A stretch of 64,000 nt of DNA, from assembly GCF_009914755.1 (NCBI RefSeq), contig NC_060925.1. The stretch is one strand, 5' to 3'. Numbering within the stretch: the stretch's first letter is position 1; each line of letters begins with the position of its first letter. The notes beneath the pieces were generated by a model. The model did no database searches, was not told the origin of the DNA, and saw only the letters and a program-made list of their open reading frames with translations. Origin of the DNA: the human T2T-CHM13v2.0 reference genome, Homo sapiens. Shown in pieces: positions 23,634 to 36,484 of this stretch. A program made the translations under genes and the position numbers.

Positions 23634-24329
23634 TGTAACCGCCCAGTGGGTTTACCTTGCCCACTGCCTAGACACAGCGGATTTCTCAAGGCAGGGGAAT
23701 TGCAATAGAGATAGAGTAATTCACGCAGAGCTGGCTGTGCAGGAGATTGGAGTTTTACTATTACTCAAATCAGTCTCCTCGAGCATTTGGGGATCAGAGT
23801 TTTAAGGACCACTTGGTGGGTAGGGGGAAGCCAGTGAGCCAGGAGTACTGATTGGTTAGTTAGGAGATGAAATCATAGGGAATTGAAGCTGACCTCTTGC
23901 ATTGAGTTGGTTCCTGGGTGTAGGCCACAAGAGCAGATGATCCAGTTTATCTATCTGGGTGGTGCCACCTGATCCATCAAGTGCAGGGTCTGCAAAATAT
24001 CTCAAGCACTGGTTTCAGGAGCAGTTTAGGGAGGGTCAGAATCTTGGCCTCCAGCTGCATGACTCCTAAACCATCATTTCTAATCTCGTGGCTAATTTGT
24101 TAGTCCTACAAAGGCAGTCTAGTCCCCAGGCAAGAAGGAGGTTTGTTTTGGGAAAGGGCTGTTATCATCTTTGTTTTAAACTATAAAGTATAAACTAAGT
24201 TCCTCCCAAAGTTAGTTCAGCCTGTGCCCAGGAAGGAACAAGGACAGCTTAAAGGTTAGAACCAAGATGAAGTCGGTTAGGTCAGATCTCTTTCACTGTC
24301 TCGGTCATAATTTTGCAAAGGCGGTTTCA
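23634..24329 (-). mobile_element. LTR8 (ERV1) solo LTR, about 696 bp
   Basis: Reverse complement starts tgaaaccgcctttgcaaaattatgac.gagacagtgaaagagatct and ends gggcggttaca. Confidence 0.9.
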
Positions 24330-24368
24330 ATATAACTCTCAGTCTGAGGCTGAATGCCCGAGAACCAC

Positions 24369-24370
<2 letters not shown>

Positions 24371-24427
<57 letters not shown>

Positions 24428-24780
24428 TGTGTATGTGTGTGTGTATGTGTGTGTGTATATGTGTGTGTATGTGTGTGTATATGTGTGTGTATGTGTGTGT
24501 ATGTGTGTGTGTATGTGTGTGTGTGTATATATGTGTGTGTGTATGTGTGTGTGTATGTATGTGTGTATATGTATGTATGTGTGTGTCTGTGTGTGTATGT
24601 GTATATGTATGTGTGTGTATATGTATGTGTGTGTATATGTATGCGTGTGTGTATGTGTGTGTATATGTATGTGTGTGCCCTCTGTGTGTATGTGTCTGTG
24701 TGTGTATGTGTCTGTAAGTGTGTGTATGTGCGTGTATATGTGTATATGTGTGTGTATGTGTTCATGCGCATGCTTGTGTA
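24371..24780. repeat. (GT)25 plus about 350 bp compound (TG/TA) microsatellite
   Basis: Direct read; source of the HT- and CV-repeat ORFs. Confidence 0.97.
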
Positions 24781-25279
24781 AGTCCCGGAGTCTAAAGGCC
24801 TGAGAAACTGGAGTTCTGATGTCCAAAGGCAGGAGAACGTAAAGTGAGAGAGCAAATTTGCCCTTCCTCTGTCTATTTGTGTTCTGTTGGGGCCCTCATT
24901 GGGCTGTCCGCCCACACTGGTGAGGGTGGATCTTCTATACTCAGACCATTGATTCAAATCTAATCTGTTCCAGAAGCACCCTCACAGACACACCCAGAAA
25001 GAAGGTTTTACCAGCTGTCTGGTTCTTCCTTAGCCCAGTGAAGCTGACACATAAAATTAATCCATAATAATTAGGAACCAATATTATTATTATTCCCATT
25101 TTACAGATGAAGAAACTGAGGCACATGGCGGTTAAATAACTTGCACAGGTCCCTGCAACCAGTCAGAGGTGGAGCTGGGCTGCAAACCTAGGCAATGTGG
25201 TTCCAGGGTCTGTGCTCCCAACCCCTGTACTGACTTGCCGTTTATTGCATCACTTTGAGTAAATCACGGCTCCCCATAA

Positions 25280-25480
25280 AATGCAAATTCCACCCTTACA
25301 GCTTACCAGCTGAGTGAGCTTGGGCAAGTCACCTACCCTCTCTGAACTTTGGCTTCCTTGCCAGACAATGGGAATTGTGATTATTTATCACGTAGGGCTC
25401 TTCTGAGGTTGCCTGTGATTTGTGAAAGCATCTTATTTAGGTCCTGGAACTTAGCTGGCGTTCAGAGAATGCTAATTCCT
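25280..25480 (+). mobile_element. MIR SINE
   Basis: cttaccagctgagtgagcttgggcaagtcacctaccctctctgaac. Confidence 0.7.
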
Positions 25481-25616
25481 GCCTCTCTCCCTTAGTGATT
25501 TCCAGAGAATCTAGGAATTGCTAAGAAACAAAGAGAGAGAGGGTCTTGCTCAAGCAATTGAAGTGACAAGTTCCCACTGCCTCCTGTAGGTTTTTTCTTT
25601 TAAAAAAAAAAACATT

Positions 25617-25906
<290 letters not shown>

Positions 25907-26229
25907 TGTAAGAGTTTGTTGTAAAACTGTGTTTTTCCTACAAGGAAGTGCTCTGGCCCTCACTGTGGGAGTGGCAGGCCTGAATTATTCCTGTCGTTTT
26001 AGCAGGTCTGCTCTCTGGGGGTGCTTTCTCTGAAAGGGATCTTGTGAGGTCTGAGCTGGGAACTCTGACCCCAGGTTCTGGTCAGTAAAGTCTCTAGCTG
26101 TGGTCACTCCAGTTCTGGACCAGAAAAACATGGAGACCAGCTCTTTGGCCATCACATCATGGGAAGAGAAATGTAAAGAACGTACACATGGTTTGGCTTG
26201 TTGTAATCACTCAGTCCAGGGTAGCTATT

Positions 26230-26500
26230 GCCTCTACTGAAATGTACCAAGTCCTCAATTTATGCCAGGGCCTGTGCTCAGTATTTTTCATACATTTTCT
26301 CATTTTAACCTCCCAACAATGTTATGAAGTTGTTACTATTATCCCTGCTTCACAGAGAAATCTGTATCTACGTATCTATGAGGGGGCATATGACTAGCTC
26401 GGGGTACTGGAAAGGCTTAAGTAATATTAAGCCATTTGCCCAAGATCATAAGTGGTGGAGACACAGTTCAGTCCTGGGAAGCCTGAGCCTACAGCCTGTG
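26230..26500 (-). mobile_element. MIR SINE
   Basis: tatgccagggcctgtgct...tttaacctcccaacaa...tttgcccaagatca. Confidence 0.6.
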
Positions 26501-26702
26501 CCTTAACTCTGTTCCCTATATCTGTATGTCAGCAAATCCTGTTTGCTTCTACCTGCAAACCGTACTCTAAACCCAACTTCCTGCCACCCTCACGACTACC
26601 ACCTTGGGCCAAGATTATAGCGATAGCCTGCCAACTAGTCCCATTGATTTTATTCTTGCACCCAAACCCCATTTATTCTCAAAATAGCAGTCCGTGTGGT
26701 CC

Positions 26703-26845
26703 TTTTCTTAAAAAATCAGCTGTATTGAGGTGTAATTTACATAAAATAAAATTCACCAGTTTGAAGTGTACAATTTAATGAGTTTTGACAAATGTAAACC
26801 TTCAAGTTCACACCACCACAATCAAGACAGGGAACATTTCCATGG
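26703..26845 (-). mobile_element. Old L1M 3' terminal fragment
   Basis: cagctgtattgaggtgtaatttacata...aagtgtacaatttaatgagttttgacaaatg...caccaccacaatcaaga. Confidence 0.8.
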
Positions 26846-26962
26846 CAGTGTGTTTTTTCAAAAAACTTTAAGTCAAAGCGTGTCACTCTTCTGCTCAACA
26901 TTTTCTGAGGGTTCCCATTTCCCTTAAGTAAAAGTTGAAATTCTTGCAATGTCCTACAGGGC

Positions 26963-27325
26963 TGTGGCAAAGAAAAGGCTATGGGTTTACCAAGCCATGT
27001 CATTTTTTTCATGGGCACAAAGGAAGACCATATTTCCTATTGTCCTTGTATCTATGTGGGGCATATGAATAGCTGGGAAGTAGATAGTACTGGGAAGTAG
27101 ATAGAAATGATGTCCATCCCTTCCAGGCCTGGGGCCTAAAATTTCTGGAGAGATCCCTGCTGTTTCTTTCCTCTATTTGTCAAATGAATATGGAAGACCC
27201 CATGGAGCACTTTGAGGCCTGGAGGATCTGAGAGTTTCTGAGCTGGGAACTGAGAAGAGATACCCTGTTAAGCCGCTGAGATTTTGGAGGACTTAGTGAT
27301 GCAGCAGCTAGTGTTAACCCTGACC
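26963..27325 (+). mobile_element. Old MLT1 LTR (I/J-like)
   Basis: tgtggca start, cttccaggcctgg, gttaagccgctgagatttt; internal ctgggaagtagatag duplication. Confidence 0.6.
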
Positions 27326-27356
27326 AAGGCTAAGGTCCTGCCCGCTCTAACCTCCG

Positions 27357-27788
27357 TCACCCTGGAACCTGTGAATGTTCCCTTATAAGGCAGAAGGGAT
27401 TTCGCAGATTCGCATCTTGAGATGGGGAGATTATCCTAGATTATGTGGGAGGGCCCAACGTCAACACAAGCATCCTTGTAAGAGGGAGGCAGAGGGAGAT
27501 TTGACTACGGAAGAGAAGTCCATGTGATGACAGCAGCAGAAATTGTAACGATGTAGCCACAAACCAAGGCATGCCAGGGGATGCCAGCAGCCACTAGAGG
27601 CTGGAAAAGGCAAGGAGTGGCTTTTCCTCTGGAGTCTGCCGAGGGAACCTCGCTGATACCTGGATTTTAGCTCTGGAAGACTCATTTCAGACATCTGGCC
27701 TCCAGAGCTGTGAGAAAATACATTTCTGTTGTTTTAAGCCACTAAGTCTGTGGTAATTTTTTTACATCGGCAACAAGAAACTCACAGA
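27357..27788 (+). mobile_element. MLT1D-like LTR
   Basis: ccctggaacctgtgaatg...gagatggggagattatcct...tggcctccagagctgtgag...tttaagccactaagt. Confidence 0.85.
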
Positions 27789-28369
27789 CTGCTTCATCTG
27801 TCTGAAATGCTTCTCCTGCAGATCTCTGAATGGCTGTCTCCCTTACCTCCTTTACTTTGCTCACATATTTGTCACTTTCTCAGCAAGGCTTCCTTAACTA
27901 CCTTCCTTAACTATCTATTTAAGAGAGTACCCTGGGACTCCCTCTCCCCCTTCTCTGTTTTTTCTTGTCTCCAGAGAACTTGCAACTGTCCGACATACCA
28001 TATATTCTGCAGTTTTCTTTTGTTTACTTATTTCCTCCCTTCATTGGAAGGTAAGTTCCAGGACCCTAACCTGTTTTTTTCACTTGCTGTGTTCTCAAGA
28101 ACAGAGCCTGGCACAGTCAGCTCACAGTAAATATTTGTGAAGGAGTGAGTAAATTAATGGATGGTCAAGAGGCCCCTTGGATGGAGGAATGCCTGGACTT
28201 GCAGAGCCAGCAGGTGCCTGGCCTTTTAGGGCCCTTTGGAGAAGTTTTGGGCCTGGTGGTCCCTTTATTCATCCTTTCCTGAGCGTCTCCTGGGTGTGGC
28301 ACCCTGTGGGGAGTGATTGGAGATCTGAGGCACTCGTGGACACTTCTTCCAAGGGTGTTCACTTGGGCC

Positions 28370-28730
28370 AGGACATGTGAATAGTTGTAGATTAGGGTAA
28401 TGTAGAGAGAAGTCAGGACCCTAGCAGGCAGAGCTGGGAGCTCAGATGACAGCCAGGAGATTCCTGAAAGGGGTCTTCTGGATGGGCTGAGAAGGATGTG
28501 GACTGGGGAGGGAAGAGGATGCTCAGGCAGAGAGACTGATGTGAGTAAAAGCCCAGAGCAGGTAATCCTGGGGGTGTGCTGGGACATCCTAAAAGTTTCC
28601 TTTTGCAGAAGTAGAGAGTGCGTGCCAGGGAGATTTGCAAGATGGAGTAGGAAAGGCAGGCAGGGCCTAGATCAAAAGAAAGCCTTAAATGTCTCCCTAA
28701 GAAGAACAGACTTCATTCTGCAGAGAGTGG
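28370..28730 (-). mobile_element. LINE2 fragment
   Basis: ggatgggctgagaaggatg...gaagaggatgctcaggcagag...aaaagcccagag. Confidence 0.5.
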
Positions 28731-29149
28731 GGCAGGGGGCAGTAAGGACTGTTGAAGAAACATTCAAAAAGGGGGAAACATACCTGTAATTCCAACATCA
28801 GATCTCATCAATCATCTCCACTTCTTTGCAGGCCCTGCCTGGGTGTCCACCCATGTAGGAGTCACATGTAAGCCCCTGGGAGCAAATATTTGGGGCTGGC
28901 CAGTCCCTGCATTTGTTACTCCTCATCTAGCCCCACCCTTTGACCAGCATGTTCCTGTAGCTCTCTCCCTCTCTGCTCATGGAGGCTGGTCCTTCAGAAT
29001 GAGGAAATCATCTCTCGGAGTCATGAAGTAGCTGAAGCATTCTCACCGCCTTGTGGAAAACAGAGACAGGATGACACTTCTGTGCCTAGAACCTGGTTCA
29101 CAGCACAGGCCAGCTGGATATGATTGATTTTCATGTTACTAGAACAAGA

Positions 29150-29350
29150 ACCCACTGAGCACATACCAGGTTCCTAGCACTGTGCTAAGGGATCTGCAGA
29201 CAGCTCCCCTCTAACCCTCACGACAGAGGGGACATGTTGGGCTGTCTCCCTTTCTCCAGATAAGGAGACTGTTGCTCTGAGAGGTCACAGAATAAGTGAG
29301 TGCTGGAGCCTGGATTGGAAGCCAGGCTGTCCAAGTTCAGGTTCTTGATA
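29150..29350 (-). mobile_element. MIR SINE
   Basis: cactgtgctaag...cagataaggagactg...ggtcacag...gagcctggattggaagccagg. Confidence 0.65.
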
Positions 29351-29460
29351 ACTGGGTAATAGTCCACTCCATGGCAGAGCTTCTTAAACTGGGGTCCATG
29401 GACTCCCATGGGTCTGTGGATAAATCTGAGGTTTGTGAATGAGAATAGAAAAAACAATTA

Positions 29461-30090
<630 letters not shown>

Positions 30091-30294
30091 TCGCTGTTTA
30101 ATACATTGATAAAGACGCTGTTACATTTCTACTTTACAGATTTTTGTTTAGTATTTTGATATATTTATTTCAAAGTAGTTGATTCTGTTTAATTCTATGG
30201 ATTTTATTTTCTGCATTTTAAAATATTGTTTGAAGAAGGATCACAGGCTTCACCAGATTGCCTATGGGATCCATGGAAAATAAAAAATGGTTAA

Positions 30295-30586
30295 GGCTGG
30301 GCACGTTGGCTCATGCCTGTCATCCCAGAACTTTGGGAGGCTGAGGCGGGTGGATCACTTGAGGGCAGGAGTTTGAGACCAGACTGGCCAACATGGCAAA
30401 ACCCAATCTCTACTAAAAATACAAAAATTAGCCAGGCATGATAGCGCATACCTATAATCCCAGCTACTTGGGATGCTGAGGTATGAGAATCACTTGAACC
30501 CAGGAGGTGGAGGTTGCAGTGATCTGAGACAGTGCCACTATATTCCAGCCTGTGCAACAAAGCAAGACTGTCTCAAATAAATAAAT
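30295..30586 (+). mobile_element. AluS
   Basis: Full dimer, (TAAA) tail; TSD aaatggttaag/aaatagttaag. Confidence 0.96.
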
Positions 30587-30619
30587 AGTTAAGAACCCCT
30601 TCATAGGATCTTTGCTGGT

Positions 30620-30870
30620 CCTCCATAAGTTTTCTTTCTCTCAGTTCTTATAGGCCCAGTTGGTATTTTTCTTGTGCCTCTTTCTATCTGTGTTAGAGTC
30701 ATGATAGATGTGTTTAATACCCCCAGGAGACTGAACTCCCTGAAGGCAGCACTGTGTCTGACTCTTCTGTGTATTCCCCACAGTATTTCTTGGTACATAA
30801 TAGATGTATAATAAATGCTTATAAATTAGTGAATGAGTGAGAGATGAATTAATGAATGAAGAATGAGTAT
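30620..30870 (+). mobile_element. LINE2 3' tail
   Basis: agactgaactccctgaaggcag...tgtattcccca...tggtacataatag...gaatgagtga. Confidence 0.7.
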
Positions 30871-31367
30871 TGAGCAGGTTGGGGACCACCTTGGAGAAGA
30901 AATACATGTTTTGAGTCTATTATATACCAGCCACTTGAAGCTTTCATATACATTATCACATCAAATCTTACAGCTCTACAACAAAGAAATCCTGACATTA
31001 ATTTTATAGATGTAAGGAAACTGGGCTCAGAACAGTAAAGCGGCATGCCCAGTAAATGTTGGAGACAAGGTTTCTTAGATTCTTTCCTCTACACTGCATG
31101 AACCCACCTCTAGGGAGGAATAAAATGGTTAAAATCCAGGCAAGGTGGAGATAGTGTGACATGAGACATAACATAGGCTCATTGACTGATGTGTGATAGG
31201 GGCACTGTTTTTAGTTGCCCTAAATGTGAAAGTTGTTTTCCTCCAGGCCACAGCCTGGGTGGCCTAGAGTGTCTCTCTTCTCCTGCTGCACAAAAGAGCA
31301 GGGACAAAGCGAAGAGGAGCCAATTGCATGTAACAAACACCTGCTGCTGACATTTTGCCAAAGGGCT

Positions 31368-31870
31368 CTGAATCAGTCAGGGGCCAGCCAGGAAGACAGA
31401 AACCATTCTAGGTCTTTGGAACAGAGGGAATTGAATGCAGGGATTGGTGATGGAAGCACTGAGAAGCCAAACAGGACTGTGAGGCAGCTGCTAGAGATTA
31501 GCAACAGCTGGAAGCTGCTACTACCCTAAGGGACATTAGGACAGTGGGAGGAGGTGGTGTCACCAAAGCCCAGAAACGGAGGCCATCAAGTGGGAGCCAG
31601 AGTCTCAGTGGGGGCTGCCAGCTGGGGGCGAGCTAGCAGGAGCTGGAGTTCTGGAGAAGCATAACCACTGCCACAGACTCAGCCACTGTCATAGTGAGAG
31701 AGGGGAAGAAGTACCCTGGCTTCTCCTCTGGCACCCTCCAGTCTTCTACAGATGCCTTTCATTGGCTGAATGCTAGAAAGCTAGAGCGGGAGGGAGCCTA
31801 GGAAATGGAGTTCCCTGAGATACTGAGATCAGAAAAGGGTGGGGACAGATCTGAGAGGAAACCAGTAGTT
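31368..31870 (-). mobile_element. Ancient ERV LTR (LTR78-like)
   Basis: caggaagacagaaaccattctagg...gagattagcaacagc.ggaagc...cattggctgaa; subfamily uncertain. Confidence 0.5.
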
Positions 31871-32625
31871 GATGGGCATAGATCTACTCCTGGAAGAGTA
31901 GGGATCCTAGGGCTTGTGGGATGTTACAGAGGGCCCTGATTTGCTCTAAGGAACAGAGATGAGGCTCTGGTTTTAAATATGAATTTGGAGCAATTACAGC
32001 TGGAGAAATGGAGACTACTCTGCCATTGAGATCAGCCTTGGAGCTCAGTCCCTGACCTCTTCTCTTTCCTGTTGCATTCACTCCCTGGGCGATTTCCTCC
32101 TGTCCCATGGCTTTAGACATCATTTGCTGGCTGATGGTTTCCAAATGTCTGTCCTTGGATCTGAATTATTCCCTGAATTATGTGCCTGTATATCTAATTT
32201 TCTACCTCATATCTCCACTTGGATATATAAAAATGATATTAAACTGAACATGTCAGGAGTCAAACATTTAATTTGTCTCCCTTGTCCCCCATTGCTTCTT
32301 CCCACCTCAGTCAATGGTATCATCAACCTCTTGGTTGCTCAGGTCAACAATTTTGGAGTCATCCTTGACTCCCATGTTTCTTTCACAGCCCACCTCCTAT
32401 TCATCAAGTCCTGCCAGTTCTGTTTTGAAACAGATTCTGAATCTGACCTATCCCCACCACTTCTTCTACCACCATCTTGGTCTACCCCGCTCCCACATCC
32501 TGGCCTCAACATTTCTCTTCTGGACTATTGTAGTAGCCTTCTCATTGGGCCCCATGCTTCATTTCCCCCATTGCCCCCTCCCCAATTCTCACACAGCAGA
32601 GTGATTCTGTTAAAACTTAAGTCAG

Positions 32626-32934
<309 letters not shown>

Positions 32935-33409
32935 TCAGATCATATTACTCTTTTGCTCAAATGCTTTCATATCATACTTTGAGAAAAGTGCTTGCCATGG
33001 CCCACAAGGCCCTGTGCCATCCCACTCTGCCCACCTCTCTGATCTCAGTTCCCACCACAGTGCCCCTCTCTTCCTCTGCTCTGTCCACAATGGTCTTGCT
33101 GTTACTTGAACAGGTCAAGCATCCTCCTGACTCAGTGCTTTTGGACATGCTGTCCCCTCTGCAGGGGACATTATGCCCCTGTATGTCCACATGGCTTCCT
33201 TACTTTATTCAAGTCTCTGACCACCCTAACTAAAAGGACATCCCAATCTGTCTCTTTCTTTCCTTACCCAGATTTGTCTTCATAACATTCATTAATGACA
33301 TTACCTGTGCTAAATTCATTTTCTCATCTGGCTTCTCCATGGAATATAAGCTCCAAGAGGGCAAGAGCTTTGTTTGTTTTCCATCATAGCCCCACACCTA
33401 GCACAGAGC

Positions 33410-33846
33410 TATGCTGGACTGTCAGGTAGCAGCTCAGCACCATTTCCCCTCTTCTTTGCACATTCTTGTACCATAAGGGCTAGTCACTTGGAAATTACAT
33501 TTTCCAGAATCCCTGTTTTGATCCTGCTGATGGCACACATAAGATTTGGAAGGTGGAAGAGAAGCAGAATCTATGTTACTGTTCTTCCAGAAGCAATGGG
33601 CTGATGCGTGGGTTTTGGTAAATGTGAGATGTTTGCGGTGGGCTCTGGGGGTTTTCCTGAAATTATCCACCTTAGCCCTGGAAGTAGGAACAACCATTTT
33701 GGCAATTTTCCTTATTTCATGCAACTTCTTAAGATATAGCAGTGGGTTTCATTAACGTATGTCCTTCCAGCCCTTTCAAAGTTTTTTAAAGTACCTGTCT
33801 CCTAGGAATTCCAGTTTCTGTTTTCTTGAATGAACTGTCTGATACA
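33410..33846 (+). mobile_element. Old ERVL LTR (LTR33-like)
   Basis: aaattacattttccagaatccc, agatttggaaggtggaagag, ends tgataca; splits the L2 tail. Confidence 0.55.
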
Positions 33847-34653
33847 AGTCATGGCACACAGTAGGCACTCAAAAAATTATTAAATGATTAAACATGCCTT
33901 GATAGAAGGAAATGATGGGTCTAGAATGAATCCATGCTAGACACAAAGGAGCATTCTCAGGTGCTAAGGACAGGGACCTCAGTTACTTCTATCTTGGAGG
34001 TTTACTATGACCCCAGTGTGGAGGCCCAGGTATAGACATCAGACCTATTCTGTAGGGTATTTGGAGTATGCCATGTCTATGTGTATACTAAAGTTAACAT
34101 TTTAGAAAACCATGTAGTTCATTCCATGATGAGGGTTTCATTCATTCCCCGTCTAGTCATTTTTTAAATAAATATTCAGTCCAAAGAGCTCCAACAGACA
34201 TTGCTGAGGAAAGAGGGATCAGAACTGGGGAGACCTTCTGAAATTTGCAGTCAAGGTTCCACACCAGATTGCATGGTTTAAGTGCACAGTCTCTTTAAAC
34301 AAAGAGCGACCTCTTCCCAAGGGCTTGGGATGAGCTAGGCTCTGCACTCAGTACTCTTTACTGCCCATCTCATAGGCTCCTCCCAATAATCCCATGATGG
34401 AATGATGGAAGTATTACCTTTCCATTTTATAGATGAGGAAACAGGCTCAGAGAGGCTCAGGGACTTGCCCAAGATCACTCAGCTAAGGCAGAGTGAGGAA
34501 TTGGACTCAGATTTCAACCTTTTGGGGTGTCTGTCCAGCTCATGACTACCCATGCCTTCTCTAGAATCTGACCTCTCTTCTTTCTGATCCTCAGGGTTGG
34601 GCCCCAGCAGTCAGGTCTGTATGCATTTGGCAAGATTAAAGAGGGGGCCCCCA

Positions 34654-34938
34654 GGCTAAGTGCAGTGGCTCACACCTGTAATCCCAGCACTTTAGAAGGC
34701 AAGGTGGGAGGATAGCTTGAGCTCAGGAGTTCGAGACCAGACTGGGCAACATAGAGAGACCCCATTTCTACAAAAAATAAAAATTAGCTGGGTGTGGTGG
34801 TGCACACCTGTGGTCTCAGCTACTAGGGAGGCTGAGGCAGGAGGATCACTTGAGATCATGGAGCCGAGGCTGCAGTGAGCCGTGACGGCACCACTGCACT
34901 CCAGCCTGGGTGACAGAGCAAGACCCTGTCTCAAAAAA
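34654..34938 (+). mobile_element. AluJ
   Basis: gggaggatagcttgagctcagg, gcaggaggatcacttgag; TSD aaagagggggccccca/aaaggggggacccca. Confidence 0.95.
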
Positions 34939-34989
34939 GGGGGGACCCCAGAGCTTGATGTTCCTCAAGGTCCCCTTCTTTCTTTTCCC

Positions 34990-35842
34990 AACACAGCCTC
35001 ACCACAACCATCCGCCTTGGAGGCTATCCAGACAAATCTTGTTATGCTTTTTACCCTTTTTGAAGTTAGTCATTGCGAAATCCCCAGATTCCCAGCTTAC
35101 TCCTCAACCTCTGCTCTCTGATCCTCATTTGGCTCTGTACATCCCCTAACATGACTTAACTCTCTGTTTTTCCTACTCCTCAAATCCTTCCACTGCGCTT
35201 CCTATGGTTAGTCACCAGAAAAATATCCTGTAACCTCATCCTTGTCCCTGAATGCTCCCCTTCTCCTTCTTACTCTAGAGAAAACTCAGCTCCCCTTCAA
35301 GGATGCTGCCTTTCCTGAATCCCTCTCAAGTGGTGGTTGTTCATATTCCCGCAGCCCCTGAACCACAGGTAGGTGGGGTAGGTGTCCTCCCTGCTCCTTG
35401 TTGCCTCTTTCAGATCATTTATTCCTGTGCATCCCCCCCGAAACTGTGGCTTTGAAGTTGTGCCATCAGACCACACCTCTTTGATAGTCCTTGTTGCAGT
35501 CATCTAGAGAGCCCTAGTCACTCCCCTCTACCGTTCCCTGAAGATATTTAAATGCTGAGCACTCTTTCTGCAACACTGCCCTGTCTCAGTTCTTGGTGAT
35601 CTCCATAGAGACCGATCCTTCTTGGTGATTTCTGCAGAGACGATCTTTCTTGGTGATCACACGTAGAGACGATCCTTCTCTGAGCCTTGCGTCTCACTTC
35701 CCTGGCTCCCTTCATTCCACCTAATCCCACTTGTCACTCTCAAGGTCACACCCCAGTGCTTATCACTAACAATAACTGTATCCCCTCCAAAATCTCAAGC
35801 ATCCTACTTTCTGAACACCATCTTACCTTTCCAGCTCACTCT
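34990..35842 (+). mobile_element. LINE2 5' ORF2 (endonuclease) remnant
   Basis: gcagtcatcta, cttggtgat, ggtcacaccc, ctttctgaacaccatct resemble APE motifs VIY/LGDFN/GHTLD/LSDH. Confidence 0.65.
35590..35679. repeat. 28-29-bp tandem repeat x3
   Basis: ttcttggtgat...agagacgatc units at 35590, 35619, 35647. Confidence 0.9.
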
Positions 35843-36484
35843 GCTGTGGGTGGCGGCATTGCATGGTCCCCAGGTGACAGCAGGCTGTTCTCTACCAGCA
35901 AAGGGGAGGGGTTGCCTCTTCTAGCACAGAGGGGGCATTTGCGGTTCAAGATTTTCAGGCTTATCTATACAAATATTCTCATCCATTACGTCAGGGTTCC
36001 ACGCCTTACCTGTTACAGACTTTAAGGTCACCTGTGAGACTATGCACTCATTTCCTTTGCAGGTCTCTCCCTTAGTAATCAAATCCTGAACCCAATTTTC
36101 AGCAGAGTCTGCTTTGTGGCAGGAGGAGATGAGTCTCCTTTAAAGATGCCACGGGGTCCTCTGCCTTCCAAGGCATGCCTTCAGCTGGCAATTAGCCTCC
36201 CTGGACCCACTATTTTATTTTGCAAGGCTTTCCTGGCTGTCAAAAACAGTGAACCCTCACCATAGTCCTTATAATTTCCTCCAGACTGATCAAGCACCGA
36301 AGCTTCTTGCCTTCTTCCTAGTACTGCATCTCACTAACTACAGGTGAAAGTTTAGCCCTGGTGAAGCCCTGCATACCAGAGGTCACCACTCTGTTTTCCA
36401 CCAGCAATGGGGTCCCTATTGTCTTCAGATGGGTGGGCAATCTGGTTCCTAAATCCCATCCTGAGGGCCATGCCTAGTACCAAC
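35843..36484 (-). pseudogene. Decayed ERV-L class (HERV16/ERV3-16A3-like) leader and gag N-terminus
   Basis: Minus strand: PBS-like gttggtactagg after the LTR; ATG at 36459 gives MGFRNQIAHPSEDNRDPIAGG; later frames give KADSAENWVQDLI and VTGKAWNPDVMDENICIDKPENLEP; stops and frameshifts present. Confidence 0.75.

Larger units (their letters stand above)
23427..25067 (-). mobile_element. MLT2 (HERV-L) solo LTR interrupted by LTR8 and a TG tract
   Basis: ttagggttctccagagaaacag start; caccctcacagacacacccagaaa...tgacacataaaattaa.ccat end. Confidence 0.85.
22960..25230 (-). mobile_element. MIR split in two (22960-23074 and 25068-25230) by nested LTRs
   Basis: tttaatcctaacaa...aagtag on the left resumes as attattcccattttacagatgaagaaactgaggcac on the right. 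Confidence 0.7.
26530..28165 (+). mobile_element. LINE2 3' region interrupted by L1 and two MLT1 LTRs
   Basis: agcaaatcctgtt...tacctgcaaa; tgtcactcttctgctcaa; agcctggcacagtcagctcacagtaaatatttg tail. Confidence 0.7.

Noticed and set aside
24277-24957. ORFs of 134-226 aa with HT/CV repeats
   Set aside because: Translations of the (TG/TA) microsatellite
35590-35679. Repeat with constant ends and variable middle as a CRISPR-like array
   Set aside because: Variable part is only 5-6 nt, three units, primate L2 context, no cas genes
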